Of a stretch of 63,680 bases of DNA, positions 11,896 through 23,589 are shown in pieces. The stretch comes from Octopus bimaculoides (taxonomy: Eukaryota): positions 98,510,142-98,573,821 of the forward strand of contig NC_068983.1 of the NCBI RefSeq assembly GCF_001194135.2, read 5' to 3'. The position numbers were made by a program, and so were the translations under genes. The first letter of the stretch is position 1; the number at the start of each line of letters is the position of its first letter. Below the pieces are notes generated by a model that saw nothing but the letters and a program-made list of their open reading frames with translations, did not search any database and was not told where the DNA came from.

Positions 11896-12699
11896 AACAA
11901 CGTTGTTGTTGCTGTCGTGAAGAAGAGTGACAATATTTTTTTTACTGTAATTTAGGGAGGTCGTTGTTGTGACGGTGACGTATAGAAATAATTGTTGTAA
12001 CTGCAATAATACTGTAGTGAGATCGTTGTTATTATTAAGATGATGAAGAGAAATTATTGTTACTACAGCTATGTAGTATCTTCAATGTTGCTGTTATTGT
12101 GAGATAGTGACATCATTGTTATTCAGATCCATATCAGCCTTAATCAATCAGATCCATGATTAAATGTGTTCTGGTCACAACCATCCTGTTCTTTTTAGAG
12201 GCTCAGTGTATCTAGACATACTTATTACAGCCATCATATTTTTAGACGCTGGGCTCTGATTGGTCCTAGTTTTAGCTATTATGATTTCTTCTAAGTCAAG
12301 TAACAGAATAGAGGATCTCTCACTGGCTTGTTATATTCTGTTACTGGTTCAGGCATGTACTTTGGCAGGTCTTCCAAGACATGTGAGACTGATAGCATTA
12401 ATGTTCATATTGAAATACTGCAAGTTGACACCTTGGTATCTTGTTACATTTCTGTTATAGTGTACTTTAAAAAAGATTTGGCAGCTATTTCTAGCAGGTC
12501 GATAAACCATGTAATGGTTTCATCTTTGTCATGTCTGTGGTGTCCCCATAGAAACACTGAGGTGTAACTTCCACTATGTCAGCAATGGAGGGTTCTGGCT
12601 GGCTAAAGTTAGATAATTTTAAATGCTTGTAACTTTTTTATTATTAATTTTCAGGAAAAAAAAGAAGAACATGAATGTGATTAGCAGTTCGGCAAAAGA

Positions 12700-12810
12700 G
12701 CCTGATAGAATAAGTACTAGGCTTACAAAGAATAAGTCCTGAGGTTGATTTGTTCGACTAAAGGCGGTGCTCCAGCATGGTTGCAGTCAAATGATTGAAA
12801 CAAATAAAAT
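12700..12810 (+). mobile_element. SINE family A tail
   Basis: gatagaataagtactaggcttacaaagaataagtcctgagg...gactaaaggcggtgctccagcatgg. Confidence 0.8.
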
Positions 12811-12834
12811 AAAAATAAAAACAGATGTTTGTAT

Positions 12835-12837
12835 ATA

Positions 12838-12929
<92 letters not shown>

Positions 12930-13110
12930 CACACATATACATATTCATTCATACATATGAACATACATACATCTATACATGCATATACACACATTCATAT
13001 ATACCTACCTACCTACCTACGTACCTACCTACCTACCTACCTACATACATACATACATATATATATACAATACATACAAACACACACTCACACACACACA
13101 CACACATGTA
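12835..13110. repeat. Compound microsatellite (TA)n/(CCTA)n/(CA)n
   Basis: Direct reading. Confidence 0.95.
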
Positions 13111-13543
13111 CATACAAAAGTTAATTAGAATGTTTCATGACTAGAAATTTTGTACAACCTTGGTGGCATTTTTGTTTTGTAGACATTATCACTGTACCTG
13201 CAGTATTGTGTAATTCTTGGATAAAGCAACATAGAAATTGTAAATATATATATCAGTTGGGATGAACAGACTTATTTTCCAGCTGTCAATCTATTATTTT
13301 ACATTGTGATTAGCATTAATATTTAGTAACTGTCATTAGGAAATCCAATTGGACTGGTAACAGTGATAGCAGAGTAGTGTCAGAAGTCTCAGTTTAATCC
13401 TTGGTACAATTGTGTAATTTCCAGTCTGTAACAATGTGGCCTTCAATCATACATTGTATTGTTTATTCCAAGTCTTGACTTATTGGGAGGTTTATCAGAC
13501 TGATTTAACCCTTTGCCCAAAATTTATACCTGTTTTATGTACA

Positions 13544-13850
13544 GGCGTAGGAGTGGCTGTGTGGTAAGTAGCTTGCTTACCAACCACATGGTTCCAGGTT
13601 CAGTCCCACTGCGTGGCACCTTGGGCAAGTGTCTTCTACTATAGCCTCGGGCCGACCAAAGCCTTGTGAGTGGATTTGGTAGACGGAAACTGAAAGAAGC
13701 TCGTCGTATGTGTGTATATATATGTGTGTATGTATGTATGTGTGTGTATATGTTTGTGTATCTGTGTTTGTCCCCCCAACATCGCTTGACAACCGATGCT
13801 GGTGTGTTTACGTCCCCGTAACTTAGCGGTTCAGCAAAAGAGACCGATAG
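13544..13850 (+). mobile_element. SINE family A, low-divergence copy running into a gap
   Basis: ggcgtaggagtggctgtgtggtaag (A-box-like), ggttcagtccc (B-box), accttgggcaagtgtcttctactatagcc (CORE-like); gap at 13851-14254. Confidence 0.9.
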
Positions 13851-14256
13851 NNNNNNNNNNNNNNNNNNNNNNNNNNNNNNNNNNNNNNNNNNNNNNNNNN
13901 NNNNNNNNNNNNNNNNNNNNNNNNNNNNNNNNNNNNNNNNNNNNNNNNNNNNNNNNNNNNNNNNNNNNNNNNNNNNNNNNNNNNNNNNNNNNNNNNNNNN
14001 NNNNNNNNNNNNNNNNNNNNNNNNNNNNNNNNNNNNNNNNNNNNNNNNNNNNNNNNNNNNNNNNNNNNNNNNNNNNNNNNNNNNNNNNNNNNNNNNNNNN
14101 NNNNNNNNNNNNNNNNNNNNNNNNNNNNNNNNNNNNNNNNNNNNNNNNNNNNNNNNNNNNNNNNNNNNNNNNNNNNNNNNNNNNNNNNNNNNNNNNNNNN
14201 NNNNNNNNNNNNNNNNNNNNNNNNNNNNNNNNNNNNNNNNNNNNNNNNNNNNNNAA

Positions 14257-14880
14257 AGTCAACCTCAGTGGAATTTGAAGTCAGAGCTTAAAGACAGATG
14301 AAATGCCATTAAGCATTTTACTCAATGATTCTGCCAGCTTGCCATCCTAAATGTTGCAATAAGTGATTTTTTTCTCCATGTTAAGAATATCATTTGAGGG
14401 CGGTGAACTGGCAGAAACGTTTGCACGCCGGGCGAAACGCTTAGCGATATTTCATCTGCCATTACGTGCTGAGTTCAAATTCCACCGAGGTCGACTTTGC
14501 TTTTCCTCCTTTCAGGGTTGATTAAATAAGTATCAGTTACACACTGGGGTCAATCTAATCGACTTAATCCCTTTGTCTGTCCTTGTCTGTCCCCTTTATG
14601 TTTAGCCCCCTGTGAACAATAAAGAAATAAATTATTTATTGAATCAACAACAGATAAGAGATAATATTGGTTTCAAATTTTAGCACAAGGCCAGAAATTT
14701 CATGAAAAGGGTTAAGTTGATTACATCGACCCCAGTGCTTAACTGGTACTTATTTTATCGACCCTGAAAGGATGAAAGGCAAAGTCAACCTCAGAGGAAT
14801 TTGAACTCAGTATATAAACACAGATAAATGCCACTAAACATTTTGCCTGACATGCTAATGATTCTGCCAGCTTGATGCCT
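14257..14880. mobile_element. Three SINE family B (Meta-domain-like) copies: 14257-14345 (-), 14398-14632 (+), 14665-14880 (-)
   Basis: ggcggtgaactggcagaaacgtt head, gagttcaaattcc B-box, gtcgactttgcttttc.tcctttc.gggt.gat.aaataagta domain. Confidence 0.85.
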
Positions 14881-15361
14881 CAGATAATGGAAAATATTGC
14901 TTGATAAAATTCTTTATCCAAGAAAACTAGTGATGGTCAGTTTCAGTGAATATTAACCAATTGCAGAGTTTGTAAAAGATTTTGGTTGATCTAAACTTTG
15001 CTACAAGTTCTTCTTTATAATATTGCTTGGTCTAATGGACTGTCAAAAATTTGATTTATTTACCATTTTGTGTTCAATACTGCCATCAGAGTCCAGTTCC
15101 TTTTCTTCACAAGCATGAAGCGGAAAATCAGCCAAGTTACAGTTTTATTAATGCATAGCCTCATATTCAGGGCAGCTTTCACTTTTGTCACTCGCTCTCA
15201 AAATCAAGAAAGAGTCATGACTTTATTCATGTGAGCAGTTCTGCCAGCTTTCTTTAAGACAAACTTTAATGGAAAATTCCCCTTAGAAACACTGTGATTT
15301 AGACATCAAAAAGAAAATCATTTTGCAAAAGACCATGAAATGTAAGAACAACAACTTTATT

Positions 15362-15577
15362 TGAGGGGGTGCTGAAAAGTTCTTGGCTTTAAGGGTATCG
15401 TAAAAGGCCTGGCTGGAGGCCCAATCTTCCGAATTGTTTTACAAGGCTTAGGAAAACTAAAGAATCACTGCAATGAATATGTGAATCTGTGAGGGGAATA
15501 CATTGAATGAAATCATGATTAACTGATCTGCCTGTATTTTCTTTACCCAAAGTGTGGAACTTTTCAGCACCTCTTTG
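15362..15577 (+). mobile_element. Mariner-derived MITE (internally deleted)
   Basis: TIRs gagggggtgctgaaaagttc / gaacttttcagcacctc; the interior translates to LGKLKNHCNEYVNL*GEYIE*, like a mariner transposase C-terminus. Confidence 0.7.
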
Positions 15578-16047
15578 TACATATACCTTGACATTTATGG
15601 TACTCCATTTCAACTGATAAGACTATAAGGTTTGAATTTTATTTTATCAGTTTGTTGTTGGCCCCAATGCAGCAATCAGAAACTCATGTCAATGGAAATC
15701 GGTAAATGGAAAGTTGAATGAACTGTAGAACTCCTTTGTTAGAACAATGAAACCAATTTTGCAGATGCAAGCAGTAATAATTGGTTGACCTAAATAGTCT
15801 TCTATATACTCAATAGATGTTCAATCAAGTTATAACTTTCCAAAGCCACTAAGACCATTAACAGAGCAAAAATTTTAATTTAGGCTGTTGTTTTGTGTGA
15901 CGGTCATATAAGCTTATAAAGCATGTTGTTGCTCTTGGTTCAATATTTTCTTTTGACTATTTGTTTCAATTCTCTAGGAGATATCTTGAAGTGATTCAGA
16001 GACAACCCTAAGATGAGCTGAAGAAGAGATAAAAATTAGCAAACATT

Positions 16048-16180
<133 letters not shown>

Positions 16181-16355
16181 GTGATAAATTTACAAAACTC
16201 GTAAGTCCTTCACTCTACTGGCCTGTAAATAGCATTTTTACCATTGTCTAAAAAAAAGAGCTACAGAGGTATACACCCTGTCCTGCAGAAAAAAATAAAA
16301 TGAATAAAAAAAACAAGAATTATACCACATTGATGAGAATCAATCAGAGATTTAA

Positions 16356-16574
16356 CTCTTTAGCATTAAACCAGCCACATCTGGCAAAAATATCCTACTT
16401 GTTTTATGTTCAAACTAGCCAAATCCAGCCTCTCACACCTACCCTATAATGTCATTCTAAAAATAAACAATCCCATCATTGAAATCTCAAAGCTAAGGGA
16501 TAATGCATAATTAATTGAAAACAATGTGAATGAATAAGCATTACTTTTGACAGAATAATGTGAATGCTAAAGAG
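16356..16574. mobile_element. piggyBac-type MITE, copy 1
   Basis: TTAA at 16352-55 and 16575-78; TIR ctctttagcatt / aatgctaaagag; interior homologous to 23590-23806. Confidence 0.8.
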
Positions 16575-17402
16575 TTAAAGAGATATAAAGGTAAATGCCC
16601 CCAAAAAACTAATATCATCATCATGTGCCATATTCTGCCAGAGTTTTGGTGACCATATTCTTTTACTGTGAGGGAGATACTGTACATGGTCCCCAATATC
16701 CTTCATGCAGCACAGCTGATCCTGGAAGAGAGAGACAGACAGACAAACAGACATGAATCAACACCATTACTCAGTTGATCTTTTATCTCATCATTTCCAA
16801 AAGGACAAAAGCGAGTTTCAGCCTGGAGACTTTTCAATTAAGAACACATGCAAATAACAAGAATAAATATATTGCAAAGCATTTGTTGGGTACTCTAGCA
16901 ACTTTTTCAATCAACCATCCTATAATTAATTTACACATTCCAGCCATGACTATCCCACTTTCTTGTATATCAATGATAATGTTGTATAATGTGACATTTA
17001 AGATGATAACATATGATATGAAGAAGAATTGTTCTTTTAGTTGCTATTTTGTAACTAAGTCATACACGATATCCTGGATCTCCTTGACAAATCAGCCATT
17101 CCCACAATGTCTGACTGCTGAGAATATCTCCCTCTCATGATGACAAATGTAGTCTGTTGAGAATATCTCCCTCTTGTGATGACAACTGTAGACCTGCCAG
17201 AGGTCTACAGCCCTTCCCTGACCTTGAACAAGACCTGGACACACTCAAAAGACGTGTCTATCTTCAAGTTGTTGTGGTTAGAGACTAGAGCTATGAGCAT
17301 GGTATGTCTTTCTAAAGGCACACATTGTTAAAGGCTCTAGTCTATCATATTAGAAACTGCCATGTTGATGCTGTCTATATACCTGAAAAACAAATAAGGG
17401 AC

Positions 17403-17554
17403 AGGTGTACCTGTGTGGTTAGGAGTTCCCAACCACATGGTTCCAGGTTCAGTCCCACTCTGTAGCATCTTGGGCAAGGGTTTTCTACTGTAGCCCTGGG
17501 CAGATCAAAGCTCTGTGAGGGGATTTGGTAGATGGAAACTGAAAGAAGCCCATC

Positions 17555-17595
<41 letters not shown>

Positions 17596-17800
17596 GTCCC
17601 ACCACCACTTGTTGGTTTACTCTTTTACTTGTTTCAGTCATTTAACTGCAGCCAAGCTGGAGCACTACCTTAAGGGGTTTTTAGTCAAAGAAATTGACCC
17701 CCAGGACTTATTCTTTGTAAGCCTAGTACTTATTCTATTGCTAAGTTATGGAGACATAAACACACCAGCATCAGTTATCAAGCAATGGTAGGGGAACAAA
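17403..17800. mobile_element. SINE A head (+, 17403-17557) followed by SINE A tail (-, 17603-17800)
   Basis: Family A sequence in two orientations joined across a (TG)n tract. Confidence 0.75.
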
Positions 17801-17878
17801 TACAGACACAAAGGCATACACATACATAAATATATACATATACACATACATAAATATATACATACACACATACATGCA

Positions 17879-17914
<36 letters not shown>

Positions 17915-17977
17915 TATAAATATCAAAAGGATGTGTTATAATACTATTCCACAACCATACCAAACAATCCAACATAC

Positions 17978-18058
17978 CTCCATCATCAGCTGCCCCACAG
18001 ATATCATTATGGTTTTGACACCTGGGCAGTACCGTTCAATCCGTCGGTGTCAACAGCA
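17978..18058 (-). other. Candidate 81-nt exon of an unidentified gene (stop codon in all three frames)
   Basis: Minus strand: ttccctaacaacacttactttAG acceptor with CTAAC branch site; gag|GTATGT donor; CpG-retaining unique sequence. Confidence 0.3.
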
Positions 18059-18361
18059 CTAAAGTAAGTGTTGTTAGGGAACAAATAAACCTAAGAAACA
18101 ACTTTCAAACACACTTGAAACTATATCGATAAATAAATTCCATAAATTGGTCCAGAATTTTGGAAAAAAATCTTTTTATTTATTCTTTATTATTAGTGCT
18201 TTTGCTCGTTTCTCAAACTTGTCAAATAGAATTTTGTGAATGTACAAACAACTTGTTCATTTATATAAAACATATTTTTGTGGGGTTTTGTTTAGAAGAG
18301 GAGAACATTGTTTTTGGGTTGTTTTTTTTGGAGGGGGGGTGAGGTTCCATGACATTGGAGA

Positions 18362-18402
18362 TAGATAGAAAGATAGGTAGGTTGATAGATAAATAGATAG
18401 AC

Positions 18403-18477
<75 letters not shown>

Positions 18478-18478
18478 G
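18362..18478. repeat. (GATA)n microsatellite
   Basis: Direct reading. Confidence 0.95.
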
Positions 18479-18682
18479 GGGAAAGAGAGGAGGGGAAGTC
18501 GGATCCCCCTTTCTATTCACCATTCATTCATTTAGTCATTTACCATTGTATTGAAATGGGTTTAAGGATGGTGACCTCTTCAAGTGGTGTGGTCATCACT
18601 GAGAGTCTTTTTGCTTTTTTTCTCTCTTTCTTCCTTTCTTTCTTTTTTCCTTTTCCTTTTTTTTCTTTTTGTATATATATAC

Positions 18683-18842
18683 AACAGGCCTCTTTCAGTT
18701 TCCATCTACTAAATCCACTCACAAGGCTTTGGTCAGCCTGAGCTGTAGTAGAAGACACTTGCCCAAGGTGCCATGCAGTGGGACTAAATCCAGAACTATG
18801 TGGTTAGGAAGCAAGCTTCTTACCACACAGCCATACCTGCAC
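18683..18842 (-). mobile_element. SINE family A head
   Basis: Reverse complement of the family A head. Confidence 0.8.
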
Positions 18843-19536
18843 CTAGCCATGCCTGAATAAGTACCAAGCTTAAAAGCAATGTTCTTTTTTTTTTTTTACT
18901 AAACTTTTTGGGGCAGTGTCCCAACACAACTTGCAATCCAATGACTGAAACAAGTAAAAGAAAAAAGATGTTTAAACTTTGGTGTGTGTTGCATAATATC
19001 CAGAGAAATCATCTATTTATGGCCAGTTAAAGTTGTGTGCACAAATGCCAGATGTACCTTATACACAGCTTTATTTGCCTACCAAACTCCAAATGCCTGT
19101 ATACCTAATTGCAGGTACACACAAATACACACTTGAACAAGAAGATATGTGTAAATTCTTTTTCCCAAATACACATTCTATGTCTCTGTACTACGAACAT
19201 ACAGATGCAATCACATACACACAACACAACAGTATGTTATTCTAGCAGGTGCTAGAGAAAAATATAAAGTAAGAAAAAAAGCAGGATAAAACAATAACAA
19301 AACTATAAAATAAATAGTAATGAGGTAAGAAGTGAAAGTTCTGTTTAATTACCATCCAGTGTGGTGGTATTAGCTAACTACTGATTAACACTTATGAAGA
19401 AGAAAAAAAAAAAAAAGCTACCAATGCTTCTGCAGCAAAAAATGCAGAATTATATTTATAAAGTACAAAAGGAAAAAATATTATTTAGAATTATGTATAA
19501 AATATCTGGAAATAGATATTTGTAAAGAAATCAAAC

Positions 19537-19654
19537 CTGTCTTCTTTCAAGCATAAAAATGATGAGATCAATCATCTCAGGGTTAAGCTGCTCTGCATTT
19601 AGATCACAGGGTAAATCGAAGTAGCATGATTTAAATAGTTTGCATAATGTTGTA
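19537..19654 (-). CDS. Candidate 118-nt coding exon, product unknown (TTLCKLFKSCYFDLPCDLNAEQLNPEMIDLIIFMLERRQ)
   Basis: ttttcattcaaactgttacAG acceptor; open frame with protein-like composition; weak cag|GTTTGA donor; no family recognised. Confidence 0.25.
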
Positions 19655-19885
19655 CTGTAACAGTTTGAATGAAAACTACATTAGATATTTTTTTTAAATA
19701 GTTCAATAAGAAGAAATTAGTGATGGTCTGTCAGCATCAGTAAACAGTAATGTAAAGGCTCCAAAAACAAAGGTAAAGAATTTATTCCACTATTTGAACA
19801 TCGTTAAATATACTTCTTACTCCCAAGTTATTATTATTTACAAATTATGTAAAGAATACCAGCAGTTCAGTTGGCATAAAAGGTA

Positions 19886-20464
19886 TGTATCATCATCATC
19901 ACCATCATTTAACATCCATTTTCCATGCTGGCATAGGTTGGATGGCTTGACCAGAGCTGGCAAGCTGAAGAGCTATACCAGATTCCAGCTTGATTTGGTT
20001 TGGTTTCAATGGCTGCATGAATGCAAATGTCATTATGTAAAAATGTAAAAACATTTTTTTTTTCAAGAATCATACCATCCGTATGCCACAAGTGTGGCTG
20101 TGTGATAAAAAGTTTTCTTCTCAACCACATGTTTCTGGGATCAATCCCACTGCATAGCACCTTGGGTGTCTTCTACTATATAGCCTCAGGCTGACCAAAG
20201 CTTTGTGAATTGATTTAATAGATGGAAACTGAAAGAAGCTGGTTGTATATATATGTGTGTGTGTATGTATGTATTTATGTATGTCATCATCATCATTTAA
20301 TGTTCACTTTCCATGCTGGCATGGGTTGAACAGTTTGACAGAAGCTGGCTTGACAGAAGACTACACCAGGCTTCAGTATCTATTTTGAAATGATTTTTAC
20401 AGCTGGATGCCTTTCCTAACTTGAACACCTCACAGAGTAGACTAAATGCTTTTTACATGGCACC
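19886..20464. mobile_element. RTE 3' UTR fragments (-, 19886-20030 and 20286-20464) flanking a SINE A head (+, 20088-20250)
   Basis: (CAT)n followed by ttccatgctggcatgggttg motifs; family A head. Confidence 0.75.
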
Positions 20465-20503
20465 ATATATATACATATATATAATCAAAATATATATATA
20501 TAC

Positions 20504-20862
20504 AATCAAAATAAGCAATAGGATATCTAGAGGTAATGCAGTACAATCGTTTCAAGCAATTCCATTTAATTGAACAATGCAACCATTACATCAATTTAAA
20601 TGCAGAGCAATCCTCAGCTGCATAAATTAAATTAAAACAGATGGACACATTAGTATAATTTTACCTAAAACCTCCAGAAGGTTTTAGGTAAAATTATACT
20701 AATGTGTCCATCTGTTTTAATTCAATTTAATTCTATGTATTTATGCAGCTAAGGATTGCTGTGCATTTAAATTGATGTAATAGTTGCATTGTTCATTAAA
20801 ATGGAGTCGCTTGAAACGATTGTACTGCATTACCTCTAGATATCCTGTTGCTTATTTTGATT
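20504..20862. repeat. Long foldback: arms 20504-20673 and 20679-20862, 5-nt loop
   Basis: aatcaaaataagcaataggatatctagaggtaatgcagtacaatcg... pairs with ...cgattgtactgcattacctctagatatcctgttgcttattttgatt; centre aaaacct-ccaga-aggtttt; one indel of about 14 nt. Confidence 0.95.
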
Positions 20863-20939
20863 TTAATCACCTTATTTTGAAACTGTATGGATAATACCGT
20901 ACTAAATTCTGGTGCCTCAACTTAAGTACCTAATTCATC

Positions 20940-20978
<39 letters not shown>

Positions 20979-21020
20979 TTAATGAATGGAGTAAAACGCA
21001 TATGTTAACTGCATACTTTT

Positions 21021-21107
21021 ATTTCCAACATATGTTTTGAAGATTACAAATTATACCTTCCATAGGAATCGGCAATGTTAAAAATGTAATCTTCTCTTCA
21101 GGGAAAT
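21021..21107 (-). ncRNA. Type I hammerhead ribozyme motif, second copy of 849-935
   Basis: Same stems and core as 849-935, offset 20172 bp; host repeat spans about 20976-21138. Confidence 0.7.
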
Positions 21108-21403
21108 GCATGGGAACCAGCTTAAACGTAAGACATTTTAACCGAATATGAGAACTATGGTTCTCATAGTTCTCAAATGGTGTTTTTTACAAGCCACTGG
21201 TAAGTACATATATGCACATAATGGAAGGGTTTCACGTAAGTATGAAATGCAATAAAATGAAACAGTACTGAATACTCTTAGGTAAAGTAGAGTAACATTA
21301 TCCATTGGACCAGCATTGAGATAAATATGGGATGTTTGGGCTAAATTTGACAGTATTTTAAAAGATTAAAAAAAGTTATGTAGCTCGATAACATATGTAT
21401 GTA

Positions 21404-21637
21404 AGGCGGCAAGCTAGCAGAAACGTTAGCATGCCGGGCAAAATGCTTAGCGGTATTTCATCTGCCGTTACATTCTGAGTTCAAATTCCACCAAGGTCGA
21501 CTTTGCCTTTCATCCTTTCGGGGTCGATAAATTAAGTACCAGTTACGAACTGGGGTCGATGTAATCGACTTAATCTGTTTGTCTGTCCTTGTTTGTCCCC
21601 TCTATGTTTAACCTCTTGTGGGCAATAAAGAAATAAG
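21404..21637 (+). mobile_element. SINE family B, near full length
   Basis: aaggcggcaagctagcagaaacgttagc...gagttcaaattccaccaaggtcgactttgcctttcatcctttcggggtcgataaattaagtaccag...aataaagaaataag. Confidence 0.9.
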
Positions 21638-21656
21638 ATAACATATGTATGTAGCT

Positions 21657-21819
21657 CGTAGGAGTGGCTGTGTGGTAAGTAGCTTGCTTATGAACCACAT
21701 GGTTCCGGGTTCAGTCCCACTGTGTGGCACTTTGGGCAAGTGTCTTCTATTATAGCCTCGAACTGACCAAAGCCTTGTGAGTGGATTTGGTAGATGGAAA
21801 CTGAAAGAAGCCCGTCGTA

Positions 21820-21868
<49 letters not shown>

Positions 21869-22090
21869 ATATGTTTGTGTGTCTGTGTTTGTCCCCCGCC
21901 CCCAACATCGCTTGACAACCGATGCTGGTGTGTTTACGTCCCCATAACTTAGCAGTTCAGCAAAAGAGACCGAGAGAATAAGTACTAGGCTTACAAAGAA
22001 TAAGTCCTGGGGTCGATTTGCTCGACTAAAGGCGGTGCTCTAGCATGGCCACAGTCAAATGACTGAAATAAGTAAAAGAGTAAGAAAAGA
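21657..22090 (+). mobile_element. SINE family A, full length with internal (TA)n(TG)n
   Basis: Head, CORE-like segment, microsatellite, 3' half and aaaagag tail all present. Confidence 0.9.
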
Positions 22091-22842
22091 GAGAGTAATA
22101 CATACACATATATCAGATAGCCTCACACACACAAACATAAACAAAAATCATGGATGGACACACGCACATACATTTAAGCAAACATAAACTTACAGAGTAT
22201 ACATGCATACACACACCCACACACGCCCACACACACATACACTTATCAGGTTTACAGTTGCCTCCTTGCCACTCACACCTTTAACAACCTCTTCATCTTC
22301 TGGTCATTTCAGCATGAGGTGATCATCTAATTGAAACACATTTATTCATTTGTCTCTCCATTTTTTTTTTTCACTCCACACTTATTCTTTCTGTAGAAGA
22401 ATGCATGTGCAAAACATAAAAGATCTTACTTTCTATTTTCTTGAGCATAAACCTAATACATTTTGTTTGCTTGTTTATCATTCCGTCGTTGTATTTTTAT
22501 TCTTTACACCACACTTGCACACACACACACATGCATACATCTAAGCATGAAAACATACATATGTTCATTCATTCAGCCTTTCATTCATACAAGCCAGTCA
22601 TTCATTCATTCGTACTTACATTCATATGTACATGTATGCACATAATGGAAGGGCTTCATGTAAGTATGAAATGCAATTAAGTGAAAAAAAAGTACTGAAT
22701 ACTCTTAGGTAGAGTGGAGTAATATTATCCAGTGAAAGCTAGGTCTATCTGAGTAACTGTCTAAAGTTTCTTCCTCCCAGTCTTCAGACAACTGGCACTG
22801 ATGCTTTCAAAATTTTCTCTTTAAATACAGGCATGGCTAGGT

Positions 22843-23001
22843 ACAGGTGTAGTTGTGTGATAAGAAGCTTGCTTCCCAACCACATGGTTCTAGGTTCAGT
22901 CCCACTGTGTGGTATCTTGGGCAAGTGTCTTCTACTATAGTCTCGGGCCAACCCAAGCCTTGTGAGTGGATTTGGTAGATGGAAACCGAAAGAGGGCCTT
23001 T

Positions 23002-23042
<41 letters not shown>

Positions 23043-23285
23043 TATGTATGTGTGCATATGTGTCTTTGTGTTTGTGTTTGTTCCCCCCTCCCATCACTGC
23101 TTGGCAACCAGTATTGGTGTATTTACATCCCCATAATTTAGCAGTTCAGCAAAAGAGACGGATAGAATAAGTACCAGACTCTAAGAAATAAGTTGCGGGG
23201 TCGATTTGTTTGACTAAAACCCTTCAAGGCAGTGCCCCAGTATGGCTGCAGTCAAATAATTGAAACAAGTAAAAGAATAAAAGAA
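22843..23285 (+). mobile_element. SINE family A, full length
   Basis: Same structure as 21657-22090, more diverged. Confidence 0.85.
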
Positions 23286-23589
23286 TATACCTATGGATGG
23301 ATCTGATTAGGGGACATGGAAAACAACTTTGGCAGGTTACACAACTTTGCAAAGTTACACAGGTAAAGAGACAAAGAAGCCAATGCATGAAAAAACACAA
23401 AAGAAGGAAAATTAATAAAGAATGTGAAAGAGAAGGAGAAGGGGCAGGGGAAGATTTTAAATTCTTCTAAAATTTGTACACATTCTTATAGATTAATAAT
23501 TCTAGGCTGAGAGGATCTTTTAGAAATATTAGTCTATATCTATACTGAGTTGATGAATGAAGATATGGTCTTGGAAAACAAGCATTTAA

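Noticed and set aside
13544-13620. tRNA genes at SINE heads
   Set aside because: A- and B-box-like motifs only; no cloverleaf, and each continues into a SINE body.
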